Numbered from the stretch's first letter, positions 1-13,028 are shown. The stretch: DNA of 64,000 bases from Pirellulales bacterium (GCA_963733035.1 CAVTBU010000006.1:672001-736000), one strand, 5' to 3'. Notes: generated by a model not told the origin, from the sequence alone. A program made the numbers and translations.

Positions 1-1178
1 ATGCCACGATGCGTACTTGCAAGATCGGCAATAGCTACGATGGCGCCAACAAACAATTCAGCGTTCGCAAGGACGCCACCAAGCGCGGCGGCACCGACGA
101 GCAGGGGAGTGCGTGGCACGCCGCGCAGGTGCTCGATTACCTCGACCACCGAGAAAAGACGGAAGATGTCCGACCGTTCCTGATCTACTACGGTTTTTCG
201 CATCCGCACGATACCCGAGACGGCAAACCTGAGTTGCTGGCAAAGTACGGGGCGGTGAATCACACCGACAAGAGCTCCCTGCCGCCGGCCAATCCCAAGC
301 AGCCCAGGCTGCCGACAAACTATCTTCCCGCCCACCCGTTTCCTCACGGACATCCCGGATTGCGAGACGAAGTGGCCGTCAGTGGTGTGTGGGAAAACCG
401 CGACGAACGAACGATCCGCAATGAACTCGGACGCGAGTTCGCGTGTAGTGAGAACATTGATGTTCAGATCGGTCGCGTGCTGAAAAAACTCGAGGCCATG
501 GGTGAACTAGAAAACACCTATGTCTTCTACACCTCCGACCATGGCATCGCGATCGGTCGGCACGGTCTGCAGGGGAAGCAGAACCTCTACGAACATACTT
601 GGCGGGTTCCGTTCATCGTCAAAGGTCCCGGGATCAGGCCGGGAACCCGTGTCCAGGGCAACATCTATTTGCTGGACGTGCTCGCCACGCTGTGCGACCT
701 GACCAGCGTGACGCCTCCAGAGTCGAACGAAGGCATCAGTTTCACGCCGGTTCTCAAAGGCGAACGGCAAACGATCCGTGATGTGCTGTATGGCGTTTAC
801 AACGGTGGCACGAAACCCGGCATGCGTTGCGTCAAACGGGGAGATTGGAAACTCATTAAGTACGATGTACTGGATGGAAAAGTCCGAGAGACGCAACTCT
901 TCAACCTTGCAGAGAATCCCTACGAGTTTCTCCAGCAGCATCACGAGTCGCCGGTAATCCGCCTTACCGGCCATACGCCCGAGGCCACGCAAACGAATCT
1001 GGCCGGCGACCCGCGCTACGCGGAAAAGCTGGCAGAAATGGAGGCGCTATTGCTCGCCGAGATGCGGCGGCTGCACGATCCCTACCGCCTTTGGAATCAA
1101 CCCGATGACGACCTGCCGCCACCTACCGAGCAGCAATCCAAAAACAAGAAGCGCGGATCCGCCAAGAAGTCCTCATGA
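1..1178 (+). CDS. Sulfatase family protein (5' end lies outside the window)
   Basis: Sulfatase motifs GFSHPHD, YTSDHG...[20 protein letters not shown] and QLFNL..NPYE. The N-terminal CxPxR motif is not in the window. Confidence 0.9.
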   Translation, partial: ATMRTCKIGNSYDGANKQFSVRKDATKRGGTDEQGSAWHAAQVLDYLDHREKTEDVRPFLIYYGFSHPHDTRDGKPELLAKYGAVNHTDKSSLPPANPKQPRLPTNYLPAHPFPHGHPGLRDEVAVSGVWENRDERTIRNELGREFACSENIDVQIGRVLKKLEAMGELENTYVFYTSDHGIAIGRHGLQGKQNLYEHTWRVPFIVKGPGIRPGTRVQGNIYLLDVLATLCDLTSVTPPESNEGISFTPVLKGERQTIRDVLYGVYNGGTKPGMRCVKRGDWKLIKYDVLDGKVRETQLFNLAENPYEFLQQHHESPVIRLTGHTPEATQTNLAGDPRYAEKLAEMEALLLAEMRRLHDPYRLWNQPDDDLPPPTEQQSKNKKRGSAKKSS

Positions 1179-1233
1179 CCTCTCCGGAGTGGAGACCCGC
1201 AGTGACGAAACGACAACACGAGGAACCGCGAAC

Positions 1234-2640
1234 ATGATGCGACTCAGTTGCTTGGCGTTGTTGGCACTTGCGGCGGCAAGGACCGTTCCGCTATTCGCCG
1301 CCGATGCCCAGCGGCCGCACATCATTTTCGTGATGGCCGATGATATGGGTTGGGGAGAGACCGGATATTACAACCACCCGCTACTGAAAACGCCAAATCT
1401 CGATGCGATGGCTGCCAATGGGCTGCGTTTTGAACGGTTCTATGCCGGCTGCCCGGTCTGTTCACCGACCCGCGCCACCGTGTTGACCGGGCGTGCCAAT
1501 GATCGCACCGGCGTGCTCAGTCACGGCTATGCCCTACGGTTGCAGGAAAAAACGATCGCCCAGGCGCTTCAGGACGCGGGGTACGTCACAGGTCATTTCG
1601 GCAAGTGGCACTTGAACGGCCTGAAAGGACCGGGCGTGCCGGTGTTGGCATCCGATCCACGCAACCCGAGCGTGTTTGGTTTTGATGAGTGGGTATCAGT
1701 GACGAACTTTTACGATCTGAACCCCGTTATGTCTCGTCAAGGTAAGGTCGAACAATTCCAAGGAGACTCGTCGGAGATCGCCGTCGCCGAGGCGATCAAA
1801 TTCATCGACCGCCATCGGCAACTAGACAAGCCGTTGTTTGCCGTCATTTGGTTTGGCACTCCGCACAGTCCGTTCCGTGCACTACCAGAGGACAAAGCGC
1901 AATTTGACCAGCTCGATAAAGCGTCGGCCAATCACTACGGTGAACTGGTGGCGATGGACCGCAGTATTGGCACGCTGCGAAAGCAACTGCGAGATTTTGA
2001 AATTGCCGACAACACGTTGCTCGTCTTCTGCAGCGACAATGGAGGCTTGCCGAAGATTAAGCCGGCGACGGTCGGCGGCCTGCGCGGCTACAAGGGGAGC
2101 GTATTCGAGGGTGGCTTGCGCGTACCCGCCATCATCGAGTGGCCAGCCGTCATTTCGTCGCCGCGCGTCACCCGCTATCCTGCCTGCACGATCGATCTGT
2201 TTCCCACCGTGGCCGACATTCTAACTCTGCCCGCCAACGTGATGATACACCCAGTGGACGGGAGCAGTTTGAAGCGTTTGTTCACCGAGGAGCTCGGCGA
2301 GCGGGACAAATCAATCCCGTTTCGCTACCAAGGCAAGGCGGCGCTTGTGGACAACCGCTACAAGATCCTCAGCGAAGACCTGAACAAAGGACGCTTCCAA
2401 CTCTTTGACCTCGACGCTGATCCGAGTGAGTCGCGAGACATATCTGCCCAGCATCCAGCCATTGCGGCTCGCCTGAAACAAGAACTGCTGGCATGGAGCA
2501 CAAGCGTCGACGAAAGTTTCGCGGGCAAAGACTACCCGGAAGGCCGCGTTGCGCCCCGGACCCCGAGCCGATTCAGTGGGCCGATCATCCGGACTACCGC
2601 CAGTTCAGATCCAACTGACGAACGGCGCGCGAACTTCTAG
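1234..2640 (+). CDS. Secreted sulfatase (arylsulfatase/N-acetylgalactosamine-6-sulfatase-like); C-terminus possibly frameshifted near 2555
   Basis: Signal peptide, [17 protein letters not shown] formylglycine motif, GKWHL, SDNGG. GAGG RBS lies before ATG 1234. Confidence 0.92.
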   Translation: MMRLSCLALLALAAARTVPLFAADAQRPHIIFVMADDMGWGETGYYNHPLLKTPNLDAMAANGLRFERFYAGCPVCSPTRATVLTGRANDRTGVLSHGYALRLQEKTIAQALQDAGYVTGHFGKWHLNGLKGPGVPVLASDPRNPSVFGFDEWVSVTNFYDLNPVMSRQGKVEQFQGDSSEIAVAEAIKFIDRHRQLDKPLFAVIWFGTPHSPFRALPEDKAQFDQLDKASANHYGELVAMDRSIGTLRKQLRDFEIADNTLLVFCSDNGGLPKIKPATVGGLRGYKGSVFEGGLRVPAIIEWPAVISSPRVTRYPACTIDLFPTVADILTLPANVMIHPVDGSSLKRLFTEELGERDKSIPFRYQGKAALVDNRYKILSEDLNKGRFQLFDLDADPSESRDISAQHPAIAARLKQELLAWSTSVDESFAGKDYPEGRVAPRTPSRFSGPIIRTTASSDPTDERRANF

Positions 2641-2836
2641 GTAAGTCGCGATGTTTGGCTGCGTCGATTGAGTCCGCGTGAGCGCCGGTTGGGCGAGGAC
2701 TTGTTGCGAATTCCCGGCTGCAGAACAGGTCGTTTGCAGAGTGGACACGGGTCGTTCATAATTCGCTAACCTTAGTGGACTACGATGGTTTTTTTGGGCG
2801 ATATTTGGCGGCTTGTCATTTAGCGGAGAAGCGATC

Positions 2837-5398
2837 ATGCGACGGTGTCAGCTTGGACAATTTGCTGCAAGGCTCGTTTTGTTGGCGGCCTGCCTCGTCG
2901 CCTGGGCACCGATGGCCTGGGGTGCCGAGGTCCTACAATTGTCCGACGCCAATTGGGACCAGGCGGTACCCGAGGGCAAGGAGGTCGATGCCATCTATGG
3001 CGACTGGGTGCTCCGCAACGGCAAGATCGTCGCCGTGATCGCCGAAGCAATCGAAGGACGCAACGCGAATATGACCGTACGCAACGTGGGCGGGTCGGTC
3101 ATCGATCTAACCGAGCGTGCGGTTCCCAGCGACCAACTCAGTGCTTACTACCCGCTGGGCACTGGCTACAGGTTGAGCGGACCGATTGGCAATGGCAAAG
3201 ATGCGATACAAAATGACGACAATGCACGGCTGACTTTTCGTGGGCCGGCACTCGACGATCGGTCGAAAGGCGAGATTGTGTATGAGCTTGCAGACGACGC
3301 GCGATGGCTCAAAATTACCACGCGGATTACCAACACGAGTAAGGATCCCATTGCGCTAAAGCATGTCGACGCGATTCGCGCCGACGGCGAGTTCGAAACG
3401 GGCGCCGATGACGCCCTGGGGGTATTTTGGGTATACGACCCGTTTTGGCGCCAGGCTTATGCGGCGGTGTTTTCCAACGCCGACGTGCGAGTAGTTGGAA
3501 CCACAAACGGTCGGCGGAGTCCCGACTTGATGCTCGACGCCAAGGACGCGAAGCAGCTAACGCTCGCCCCGGGCGAAACACAGGAACTTGTCCGCTACCT
3601 GATTCCAGCGGCCAATAGCATTGATGTCCGGGCACTGGCCAGCGACGTGCGTGGCAAATCACTCGTTGACGTGAAGCTTGCGGTTCGCGATCCCGTCGGT
3701 CCAGTGGATGCGGCCCAGGTCACAGTGAAGTCCGGCGGCCAAGTCTACGGGCGTGGTGTCACCGGCGCCGACGGCCAATTTGCCGCACGGTTGCCCGTGG
3801 GGAAATACCAGGCGGTGGTTAGCGCCCTCGGACGTGGTGAAAAGTCGCTCGACTGGAACCTTGCCAATCCGCTTGACGCGGAGGTTGAGTTGGCAGCGCC
3901 GGGCTACGTGGCGGTCAAGGTGACGGGCAGGGACGGCAAGCCAATCGCCTGTAAAGTTCAGTTCGCCGGCCGCGAGGGAACGCCCACTCCCAACTTCGGA
4001 CCGGATAGCGCGATTCACGGAGTGCGTAACGTTTTCTACACCGAAAATGGTGCTTTTCGCACGGCATTAGCTCCCGGCGCGTACGACGTAGTCGTTAGTC
4101 ACGGGCCGGAATATGATGCTGTGTTTACGGTGGTCGAAGTCGCCGATGGCGATGAAACGCTGTTGGTGGCGGAGCTCAAGCGAACTGTTGACACGCGCGG
4201 CTGGCTGAGCGCCGACTTTCACAGCCATTCGACCCCTTCGGGCGACAATACGTCGAGCCAACGGGGGCGGGTGCTGAATCTGCTGAGCGAGCACATTGAA
4301 TTTGCCCCGTGCACCGAGCACAACCGTGTGACCGTTTACGATCCGCACCTGGAGCACTTTCAGGCCTTCGACCGGATGCTGACCTGCCCGGGCATGGAAC
4401 TCACCGGCCGGCCTCTGCCAATCAATCATCAGAATGCGTTTCCGCTGGTGCCCCACCCTCGCACGCAGGACGGCGGCGGTCCTCAGGCCGACGTCGATCC
4501 GGTCGTGCAGATCGAGCGGCTGGCCATGTGGGATAACAACTCGGAAAAGCTCGTGCAGATCAACCATCCGAACATTCCACAGATGGTTGGTGACCGCGAC
4601 ACGAACGGTTCGCCCGATGGCGGCTTCGAGAAGATGTTCAGTTTCATGGACGTCATCGAAGTGCATCCACTCGATAACATCTTCAAAAACCCCGAAACGC
4701 TTCCCAACGAACGAGAGCAGGGCAACGCGATCTTCCACTGGCTGCAACTGATGAACCTGGGCTACCGCATGCCGGCCGTTGTGAATACTGACGCCCATTG
4801 GAACTTCCATGGCTCGGGCTGGCTGCGCAACTACATCAAGTCGCCCGTGGAGGATCCGACCAAAGCGTCCGTGGCCGAACTGGTTCACACCTGCGAGCAC
4901 GGCAATATCATGATGACCAACGGTCCGTTCTTGGAAGTGACGGCCGCGGCCGAACGTGATGGCGACACTGCCGATGTAGGCGATGATTTGGTAGCTCCGG
5001 GCGGCAAACTGGCGCTGAAGGTTCGGGTGCAATGCCCAAACTGGTTGAAAGTGAACCGCGTACAGGTGTTCATCAACGGCCAGCCCGCCGAGAATGTAAA
5101 CTTCACGGAACGCACGCATCCGCAAATGTTCCACCAGGACACGGTGGTCTTCGATCAGACCATTCCGATCGCGGTTGATCGTGATGCACACCTGGTTGTG
5201 GCCTGCGCCGGTGAAGGCAAAGAGTTGGGGCCGGTAATGGGACCCGACCATGGCAAAGACATGCCGTGTGCCGTGGGCAATCCGATCTTCGTGGACGTCG
5301 ACGGTGGCGGCTTCGAACCTAACGGCGACATGCTGGGATTGCCACTGGTCATGGAGCCGGGGGCGAAACCGTCGAAAGGACACCGGCACCCGCATTGA
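2837..5398 (+). CDS. Secreted CehA/McbA-family (PHP-like) metallohydrolase with N-terminal beta-sandwich/carboxypeptidase-regulatory-like domains
   Basis: Signal peptide; PHP-type metal ligands ADFHSHS, TEHN, GMELT, NHP, NTDAH. GGAG lies upstream of ATG 2837. Confidence 0.8.
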   Translation: MRRCQLGQFAARLVLLAACLVAWAPMAWGAEVLQLSDANWDQAVPEGKEVDAIYGDWVLRNGKIVAVIAEAIEGRNANMTVRNVGGSVIDLTERAVPSDQLSAYYPLGTGYRLSGPIGNGKDAIQNDDNARLTFRGPALDDRSKGEIVYELADDARWLKITTRITNTSKDPIALKHVDAIRADGEFETGADDALGVFWVYDPFWRQAYAAVFSNADVRVVGTTNGRRSPDLMLDAKDAKQLTLAPGETQELVRYLIPAANSIDVRALASDVRGKSLVDVKLAVRDPVGPVDAAQVTVKSGGQVYGRGVTGADGQFAARLPVGKYQAVVSALGRGEKSLDWNLANPLDAEVELAAPGYVAVKVTGRDGKPIACKVQFAGREGTPTPNFGPDSAIHGVRNVFYTENGAFRTALAPGAYDVVVSHGPEYDAVFTVVEVADGDETLLVAELKRTVDTRGWLSADFHSHSTPSGDNTSSQRGRVLNLLSEHIEFAPCTEHNRVTVYDPHLEHFQAFDRMLTCPGMELTGRPLPINHQNAFPLVPHPRTQDGGGPQADVDPVVQIERLAMWDNNSEKLVQINHPNIPQMVGDRDTNGSPDGGFEKMFSFMDVIEVHPLDNIFKNPETLPNEREQGNAIFHWLQLMNLGYRMPAVVNTDAHWNFHGSGWLRNYIKSPVEDPTKASVAELVHTCEHGNIMMTNGPFLEVTAAAERDGDTADVGDDLVAPGGKLALKVRVQCPNWLKVNRVQVFINGQPAENVNFTERTHPQMFHQDTVVFDQTIPIAVDRDAHLVVACAGEGKELGPVMGPDHGKDMPCAVGNPIFVDVDGGGFEPNGDMLGLPLVMEPGAKPSKGHRHPH

Positions 5399-5609
5399 TG
5401 TCCTAGCCGGTCCTGAGGTGGCTTCACAAGCCAAGTGCGAGTTGCCTTCCCAACCAGCACAACCGGTAACGACGGCCCGCGAAAAGGCTACCGGATTGTG
5501 GCTCAATTGACGCTACTCGTTTCGGCTCCTACGGTTGCTTGCGCCCGCACCTCTTGATTGCAGGTGGTCGTTGAGGCGCTTGCACAGTCTCCGTGGGAGG
5601 TAAGCAACA

Positions 5610-7384
5610 ATGGATAGCGCCCTTTGGTTTCGGTCTGCGGCCATAGCGACCGTGGTCGCCGTTCTGGCTTGGCTGCCTACGGAGAAATGCGAGGCCGGCG
5701 CCGGTGCGGTGGCCGATGCAAGAGGCGACGCCAGCAACCGTCGCCCCTACAACATCATCTTTGTCATTTGTGACCAGGAGGCATATCATCTCAGCGCATC
5801 GGGCGACTATCGCCTACCAGCGCGCAGGGCACTCATGCGCCGGGGCACGACGTTTTGCAATCACTACATTGCCTCGGCCATGTGCACCGCATCGCGGGCG
5901 GCATTCTTGACCGGCCAGCCGCCACAAGTCACGGGCGTCTTCGACCAGATGGAATACGGCTATGTGCCGAACCTAAGCCCGAGCTTTCCCAATGTGGGCT
6001 CGGTGCTTAAAGGTCTTGGCTACAGAACGGCCTACTTCGGCAAGTTTGAGATGAACGCCCAGATTCTGGCGGACAAGCACTCGGTCAACTATAGCGACGC
6101 CCTGAAGCCCTACGGGTTTGACGAGTTTAGCGCCGACGGTGACGTACGGAGCGGACCATATGATGGTTACACGAAGGACTTCTTCACGGCGGCAGAGGGC
6201 GTTCGCTGGCTGCGCACACAAGAGGCGTGGCAGCGTGAGGAGGGGGGGCCACCATTCTTCATGGTGCTCAGCTTTCTCAATCCGCACGACATTATGTACG
6301 CGGATGCCAATTTGGCGAATCAACCAGCCGTGCAAAAAGGCGCAGTGCCGCGCGTGCTTACTCCTCCGCCGGCCAATTCCATTTATCGGGAGCACTGGAG
6401 CTTCGCGCTCCCTCAGAGTCTCGAGCAATCGCTAGGCGCGCCGGAATGCCGGCGGCACTTCGTGAGTATCACGAGGGCTGGTCCAGTGCCCTCGGCTTGA
6501 TACCTGCAAATCGACCTGACATGTGGACCGTTTTCTACGATTACTATCTCAACTGCATTCGCGACAACGACCGTGCGATACAGCTGCTCGTCGATGCCAT
6601 GGATGAGATGCAATTGTGGCAGAATACGGTCGTCGTGTTCAGCGCTGATCATGGTGAGATGGCTGGTGCGCACGGAGGACTCAAAGGCAAAGGCCCGTTT
6701 TGCTACGAGGCCAATTCGCACGTTCCCTTGGTGATCGTACATCCGCAAGGTAAGCCCGGAAGCAAATGCTCCGCTGTGACCAGTCATCTCGACTTGCTCC
6801 CGACGTTCTATGGGCTTACCGGTTTGCCTACTAGCCAATGTCCGGCGGAAGTTGCTGCTCTGCCGGGTCACGATTTTTCGATCTTGCTTGATGACCCGGA
6901 GAATGCCAGCCCGCACGCCATCCGTCGGGCAGCACTCTTCAACTACGTGGGGCTCGCCACGGTCGACGGCCACTACCTGTTTCGCGCTCTGTCTCAATCG
7001 TTCACGAAACGCCCCGTGCCGCCTTTGGTGGAAATCGACCTCGGCAAACGCGGCTTTGTTTCGTTTGCGTTCGATGGCCGCTACAAGTTCGGCCGCTACT
7101 ACGCCCCCAGCGAGTTCAACACGCCACGGACCATCGACGAGATATTCGCACACAATGACGTGCAACTGTTCGATCTGAAAAACGATCCGGACGAGATGCA
7201 CAATCTCGCACTCGAGCCGGAGCGAAACAAGGAGGTCATCCTGCGGATGAACGCGGTGCTCAACGAGCTTATCGCCGCGGAAGTCGGCGAAAATGACGGC
7301 AGTTTTCTACCTGAAAGCGTGCGACCCACGCGGCCCGAGCTGACATTCGATCGTCCCCAGAGCCGCCGTGACACCTTCGAGTGA
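5610..7384 (+). CDS. Sulfatase, split by a 1-nt frameshift near 6443
   Basis: ORF 5610-6500 has NIIFVICDQ and CTASRAAFLTG. ORF 6446-7384 has SADHGEMAGAHGGLKGKG and LFDLKNDPDE. Adding one base gives a continuous ...GAPGMPAALREY. Confidence 0.88.
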
Positions 7385-7565
7385 ATCCGCCCGACGAAGA
7401 ATGGTTGGCGATCTCTTTTGCTGGTCACGACACTATTCACCCCGCCAACGCCGGTCGCCCGAGTCGTTTCCTTGAACATCCTCACCTGGTGGGGCTGATC
7501 CGCTAGAATGACGGGCCGTAGCTCGACGGAAAACCTTCAGACTCGTGCGACGCAAGGAAGGCGAA

Positions 7566-10328
7566 GTGACCAACTGGCACAAGCAAACAGTAGCTCAATC
7601 GCTTGAGCAGTTGAATTCCGACGAGAAACGGGGCTTGAGCGAGAATCAGGTTGAATCTCTGCGTGCTCGGTATGGTCCAAACGAACTCATCGAGACAGGT
7701 GGCCGTGGGGCATGGCGCATTCTTTGGGAGCAAGCCAGCGGTGCCCTGGTCTTGCTGCTGTTCGTGGCAGCCGGGGTCTCGTTCTACCTCGAGGAGTACA
7801 CCGATGCGGGGGTGATTCTCGCCATCGTATTGCTGAACGCAACCCTGGGCTTCGTTCAAGACTATCGCGCCGAAGAGGCGCTGGCCGCCTTGAAGAAGTT
7901 TGCTGTTCCGTTGGTGCGCATGCGCAGAGACAACATCGTGCGTGAGATTTCCGCTCGCGAACTGGTGCCCGGCGATATCGTTTTGCTGGAGTTGGGTAAC
8001 AACGTGCCGGCCGACTGCCGGTTGTTGGAAAGCGTTAATCTTAAGACGCAGGAGGCGGCACTTACCGGCGAGTCCGAATCGGTCGACAAGCAAGCCGAGC
8101 CAGTTGCAGGCGACGATTTACCGCTCGGCGACCGCACCAACATGGCCTACATGGGCACCGTGGTGACATACGGTCACGGTCACGGCGTCGTCACGGCCAC
8201 CGGTATGGACACAGAGTTGGGGCAGATAGCCCGCTCGATGCAGACCATCGAAGCCGAGCCGACGCCGTTGCAGAGGCGGCTCGGTCAATTAGGGCGAACA
8301 CTGGCCCTCGTGGCAATTGCCATCGTGGCGATCGTATTTGTCATGGGGTTGCTGCGGGGAGAAGAACCCCGTTTCATGCTACTAACTGCTCTGAGTATGG
8401 CGGTGGCCATTGTGCCCGAGGGACTGCCCGCCGTGGCGACCGTGACCTTGGCCATCGGCGCCCGCCGGATGTTCAGGCGAAACGCACTCATCCGCAAACT
8501 GCCCGCCGTGGAGACATTGGGTTCGGTAACCGTGATTTGCTCGGACAAGACGGGGACGCTCACCGAGAATCGAATGACGGTGACGGTGCTCGACGTGGCT
8601 GGGCAGCGACTCGATCTGTTGGAGTCGCTCGAGAGAGGAGAGCTTGCCGCCCAGGCCGACGGTCGGAATGGCGTCGACGCTCCCAAGCCGCAAGCGGCCG
8701 AGAATTCATCCTTGAGCTTGCTGCTCACGGCCGCAGCCCTGTGCAACGATGCAGAACTTGAGTTCGATTCGGAGCGGCAGGAATTTCATTCACTAGGCGA
8801 CCCGACCGAAGCGGCATTGGTCGTCGCGGCTGCGCGGTTCGGACTGCCAAAGAATCGTCTGCTGGCCATCTGCCCGCGCGTGGCGGAAGTTCCGTTCGAC
8901 TCTGACCGCAAGCGGATGACGACGGTGCACAGCCTGGATGAATCCGCCGACCGAGTTTCCGACGAACCCCTGCACTCGGTTGTCACGATGATTCGCGACT
9001 TGGAAGGTGCGTACGTGGCCTTTACGAAGGGCGCGGTCGACTGCATCCTCGACGCGTGTGACCGGGTGTGGGATGGCGGCGACGTCAAACCGCTTGACGA
9101 TAACTGGCGGCAACGCATTGCAAGTGCCAACGAAGCGCTAGCCGCTAGCGGAATGCGCGTGCTGGGTGCCGCGTTTCGGGCCCTCGCGGAATCTCCAACC
9201 GACAACGTCGAATCGGTTGAGCAGGACCTGGTGTTCATTGGCATCCTGGGCCTGCTCGACCCGCCCCGGCCCGAGGTGGCCGAGGCCGTTGCACGCTGCC
9301 GCTCGGCCGGCATTCGCCCGATGATGATCACCGGAGATCACCCGCTGACCGCTGGCCATATTGCCGCGCAGCTGCGGATCGACGACGGCGGGCGTGTTGT
9401 CACGGGACAGCAGTTGGAACAAATCTCACCGGAACAGCTCAATGAGATTGTCGAACAGACGGCGGTTTATGCCCGCGTGGCCCCAAAGCACAAGTTGCGC
9501 ATCGTGCGAGCCCTGCAAGGCAATGGCCAGGTGGTTGCGATGACCGGCGACGGAGTTAACGATGCCCCGGCGCTGCGGCAGGCGCACATCGGCATTGCGA
9601 TGGGCATTACCGGCACCGACGTTTCCAAGGAAGCCTCGCAGATGGTGCTGCTCGACGACAACTTCGCCACGATCGTCAATGCGGTTGAGGAAGGCCGTAT
9701 CGTCTACGACAACATCCGCAAGTTCGTAAAGTACACCATGACCAGCAATGCTGGCGAAGTTTGGGTGATGGTGCTCGGACCGCTGGTGGGCATGCCGCTC
9801 CCGCTCTTGCCGCTGCAGATTCTATGGATCAATCTGGTGACCGACGGCTTGCCCGGTTTGGCCCTGGCCGTGGAACAGGCCGAGAGCGATACAATGCGGC
9901 GGCCACCCTATCCGCCCAACGAACACGTATTTGGTCGCGGCATGATGCGCGATATCGCTTGGATCGGCCTGTTGATGGGCCTGGTGTCGCTGGCGATGGG
10001 CTATTGGTATTGGGCTTTTGAGTCCGCAACCAACGTGCAATGGCGAACGATCGTGTTCACCGTGCTGACGCTGTCTCAAATGGGCAACGTGATGGCAGTG
10101 CGTTCCAACCGCGATTCGTTGTTCCGGATCGGCGTCTTCTCGAACCGGCCACTCCTCGGCGCGGTGCTCTTGACGTTTGGATTGCAATTAGCCGTGGTCT
10201 ATTGGCCCCCGTTGCAAAACGTGTTTCAGACGGCGCCCCTGTCCGCAATGGACCTGCTGTTGTGCATTGCCCTGAGTAGCGTCGTTTTCTGGGCCGTCGA
10301 GGCGCAAAAGCTGCTCAAGCGCCGCTAG
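7566..10328 (+). CDS. Cation-translocating P-type ATPase (P2A, Ca2+-ATPase-like)
   Basis: TGES, VPEGL, DKTGTLT phosphorylation motif, [27 protein letters not shown]; multiple TM helices. Confidence 0.95.
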   Translation: MTNWHKQTVAQSLEQLNSDEKRGLSENQVESLRARYGPNELIETGGRGAWRILWEQASGALVLLLFVAAGVSFYLEEYTDAGVILAIVLLNATLGFVQDYRAEEALAALKKFAVPLVRMRRDNIVREISARELVPGDIVLLELGNNVPADCRLLESVNLKTQEAALTGESESVDKQAEPVAGDDLPLGDRTNMAYMGTVVTYGHGHGVVTATGMDTELGQIARSMQTIEAEPTPLQRRLGQLGRTLALVAIAIVAIVFVMGLLRGEEPRFMLLTALSMAVAIVPEGLPAVATVTLAIGARRMFRRNALIRKLPAVETLGSVTVICSDKTGTLTENRMTVTVLDVAGQRLDLLESLERGELAAQADGRNGVDAPKPQAAENSSLSLLLTAAALCNDAELEFDSERQEFHSLGDPTEAALVVAAARFGLPKNRLLAICPRVAEVPFDSDRKRMTTVHSLDESADRVSDEPLHSVVTMIRDLEGAYVAFTKGAVDCILDACDRVWDGGDVKPLDDNWRQRIASANEALAASGMRVLGAAFRALAESPTDNVESVEQDLVFIGILGLLDPPRPEVAEAVARCRSAGIRPMMITGDHPLTAGHIAAQLRIDDGGRVVTGQQLEQISPEQLNEIVEQTAVYARVAPKHKLRIVRALQGNGQVVAMTGDGVNDAPALRQAHIGIAMGITGTDVSKEASQMVLLDDNFATIVNAVEEGRIVYDNIRKFVKYTMTSNAGEVWVMVLGPLVGMPLPLLPLQILWINLVTDGLPGLALAVEQAESDTMRRPPYPPNEHVFGRGMMRDIAWIGLLMGLVSLAMGYWYWAFESATNVQWRTIVFTVLTLSQMGNVMAVRSNRDSLFRIGVFSNRPLLGAVLLTFGLQLAVVYWPPLQNVFQTAPLSAMDLLLCIALSSVVFWAVEAQKLLKRR

Positions 10329-10468
10329 CTGCGACAGGCTTTCGACACGAAAGCCAGGGCTCTTGACGGCGGTGGAAAAGGAGCACGGCTCGGCGGGCCT
10401 GGGCCTGATGTTGCTCCCACGGTTGCGAGTCGGCACGGAGAACGTTCCCGAATCCTAGTGACTTCAGA

Positions 10469-10780
10469 CTAACCGCCCGCGAGCGCTCCGATCACCAAGT
10501 AGGGTTCCGCTCCCGATGCGACCGCATCAGGCAGCGGAGAATCGGGCGATTCATTCGATAGATCCTCCTCGCAAGCGAAGAACCTAAGGAATGCCCGCCG
10601 CTGTTGCGTGACATGATCGCGAATGGTGCCGCGCAGCATTGGATACCGCGCTTCAAGCGCATCGAGAACCGTTCGCTGCGTCACGGGACCGTCGAGGGAG
10701 ATCTCCACCTCTGGCCCAACCTTCGCCAGCATCCGTAGATGCAACGGCAGCATCACGCGTATTGCGGCTGCACCGGTCAT
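10469..10780 (-). CDS. MoaD/ThiS-family ubiquitin-like protein
   Basis: About 100 aa with a beta-grasp pattern ([15 protein letters not shown]) and C-terminal ...GALAGG. Its start overlaps the upstream stop (ATGA). Confidence 0.88.
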   Translation of the reverse strand: MTGAAAIRVMLPLHLRMLAKVGPEVEISLDGPVTQRTVLDALEARYPMLRGTIRDHVTQQRRAFLRFFACEEDLSNESPDSPLPDAVASGAEPYLVIGALAGG

Positions 10781-11895
10781 GACAACGCTTGCACCTCGAC
10801 GCTTAGTACGGGTGGCAGGTCGCGGACGATCGGAGCCCAGTGATCGCCGGAATCGGCAGAACAGTACACTTGTCCGCCGGTCGTGCCGAAATAAATGCCA
10901 CAAGGATCCAGCGAGTCGACGGCCATCGAGTTTCGCAGTACGTTCACGTAACAGTCACTCTGCGGCAACCCGTCAGTGAGCGCCTCCCACTCGTTGCCTC
11001 CGCTACGGCTGCGATAGACGCGCAGCTTACCATCGGGCGGATAGTGCTCTGAGTCACTCTTGATAGGCACGACGTAAATGGTTTCCGGCTCGTGCGCGTG
11101 GACGTCGATCGGAAAACCGAAATCGCTAGGCAAGTTGCCGCTCACTTCGTGCCACTCGTCTCCAGCATTGTCGCTCCGCATCACGTCCCAGTGTTTCTGC
11201 ATGAATAGCACGTCTGGCCGCGCGGGATGCATGGCGATGCGATGCACGCAATGGCCAACCGCCGCGTCCGGGTCGGGCAACACGTAAGGCGACTTCAGGC
11301 CTTGGTTGATCGGCTGCCACGAACTGCCGCCGTCGTCGGAGCGAAAAGCGCCGGCTGCCGAAATCGCAATGTAAAGTCGCTGTGGATTGCTTGGGTCAAT
11401 CAAAATTGTATGCAGGCACATGCCCCCAGCCCCCGGCTGCCAGAACTTACCCGAGCCATGCTCGCGCAGGCCCGGAAGTTCGTGCCACGAGCGACCGCCG
11501 TCGGTGGTGCGAAACAGCGCCGCGTCCTCCACACCGGCGTAGACGGCATCCGGGTCGGTTCGCGAAGGCTCCAAATGCCAAACGCGCTTGAACTCCCAGG
11601 GGTGTGGCGTGCCATCGTACCACAAATGCGTGCCGGGCGTGCCCTCGTACGCGAACTTGTTGTCGACCGGCTCCCAGGTCTGCCCTCCGTCGTCCGATCG
11701 CTGGATCAATTGGCCAAACCAACCACTCGACTGCGAGGCGTAGAGCCGATCGGGATTGGCGGGGGAGCCCTTGACGTGATAGATCTCCCAGCCGCCAAAG
11801 TGTGGCCCGACGACTTCCCAAGCCTGGCGTTTGCCGTCGGACGTCAGGATGAATGCGCCTTCGCGCGTGCCAACAAGTACGCGTACACCGCTCAT
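10777..11895 (-). CDS. BNR/Asp-box repeat beta-propeller protein (sialidase-like fold)
   Basis: Repeated Asp boxes [44 protein letters not shown]; no signal peptide. Confidence 0.9.
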   Translation of the reverse strand: MSGVRVLVGTREGAFILTSDGKRQAWEVVGPHFGGWEIYHVKGSPANPDRLYASQSSGWFGQLIQRSDDGGQTWEPVDNKFAYEGTPGTHLWYDGTPHPWEFKRVWHLEPSRTDPDAVYAGVEDAALFRTTDGGRSWHELPGLREHGSGKFWQPGAGGMCLHTILIDPSNPQRLYIAISAAGAFRSDDGGSSWQPINQGLKSPYVLPDPDAAVGHCVHRIAMHPARPDVLFMQKHWDVMRSDNAGDEWHEVSGNLPSDFGFPIDVHAHEPETIYVVPIKSDSEHYPPDGKLRVYRSRSGGNEWEALTDGLPQSDCYVNVLRNSMAVDSLDPCGIYFGTTGGQVYCSADSGDHWAPIVRDLPPVLSVEVQALS

Positions 11896-11940
11896 TCCGA
11901 GCTCCTCGCAATTGGACGTGATGCAAAGTATTCGATCATG

Positions 11941-12345
11941 CTACGCACGCAGAGGCAACAAAGCTCTCAGCCGGGGATCACGCAGAAACAAACCCAACCA
12001 AACCAATACGCCGAAGAAAACTGGAGCGGCGACCGAAATAGCCGGGTCTTCGACGCGAACGTGCGTTGCCGTTGCGCCGCCCAAATAGCCGGTCAGCAGA
12101 ACCGCCCCCAGCACCGCGGTTTGGGGGAAGACATAAACCAACGTGCAAACAAGTTCGACAACCCCGATCGCAATCGTGAGTTTTGGATCATAGCCCAATT
12201 TCGTGAAGGTCTCGACGACGGCGTCTGGCTTTGCCAGTTTCATTGCCCCACTTGTCAGCAGCATCAGGACGGCCAGCGTGCTCATGATCCGTCCAGCCCA
12301 CACCATTTTTGCGGATACCGCTTTCGTAGGTGCGTCGGTGTGCAT
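11941..12345 (-). CDS. DoxX-family membrane protein
   Basis: Four TM segments with SGAMKL and GAVLLTGYLGGATATHVR. Confidence 0.88.
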   Translation of the reverse strand: MHTDAPTKAVSAKMVWAGRIMSTLAVLMLLTSGAMKLAKPDAVVETFTKLGYDPKLTIAIGVVELVCTLVYVFPQTAVLGAVLLTGYLGGATATHVRVEDPAISVAAPVFFGVLVWLGLFLRDPRLRALLPLRA

Positions 12346-12359
12346 GCGAAGGCCTTTCG

Positions 12360-12956
12360 CTATTCACGGGTTGGAGCTTCAAGTACCGATTTCATATTCG
12401 CCAACCCCTCTTCAAATTGGCCGCCGACCATCTTATCCATGTTCAAGGCCAAATGAATAGCTTTGCTCATGAAATTGTTGGTGCCATACATCGTCCACGT
12501 GACGTCGGTCCGATCTCCATTTGGCCTGAAGCGGAACTCCGCGGTGTTCGTGGCGGCAAAGGGTTTGAGGAATTCGAGCTTGATTTTGACCAGCTCATGT
12601 GGGCGGCTTTCCACGATCGTCATCTTGCCCTCGCCGACCTGGTTGCTACCGATCCATTGGAAGATGGCGCCTTCGCCCGAGTCCGGACCGTTGTAGGTAT
12701 TTTGGGCCTGAGGGTCGAGCTTTGCCCATGGTGACCACTGCTGCCAATTGTGAAGGTTGTTTACCTGGGCGAAGACCGCCTCTGCAGGTCCGGGCATCGT
12801 GGCGGATCGCGTCACGCGAAATTCCGATGGCTGCATGGCCACAATACCAGCGAACACCACGACCACTACGAACAAGATTGCCAATACAATGAAAAGGACT
12901 GTAACCATCGGATGTCTCTTGCGCCTTGCACCGTGCTGGGAGGGCTCACTGTCCAT
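12360..12956 (-). CDS. SRPBCC (polyketide cyclase/START-like) protein with N-terminal TM anchor
   Basis: FRVTRSATM...VF..VNNLHNWQQWSPW and C-terminal FEEGLANMKS. The start may be the later ATG (MVTVLF). Confidence 0.88.
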   Translation of the reverse strand: MDSEPSQHGARRKRHPMVTVLFIVLAILFVVVVVFAGIVAMQPSEFRVTRSATMPGPAEAVFAQVNNLHNWQQWSPWAKLDPQAQNTYNGPDSGEGAIFQWIGSNQVGEGKMTIVESRPHELVKIKLEFLKPFAATNTAEFRFRPNGDRTDVTWTMYGTNNFMSKAIHLALNMDKMVGGQFEEGLANMKSVLEAPTRE

Positions 12957-13028
12957 GGTGTGTCTCGCTGACTAGAAAGCAAAGCTCGATCGGTAATTTA
13001 CCTACTGATTTTATCGACCGCTTCCGAT

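Noticed and set aside
4067..5506. 479-aa minus-strand ORF, and similar long shadow ORFs (11227-12456 +, 15813-16700 +, 51978-53168 -, 59083-60012 +)
   Set aside because: They lie antisense to well-supported genes and have no motifs. Such ORFs are expected in high-GC DNA.
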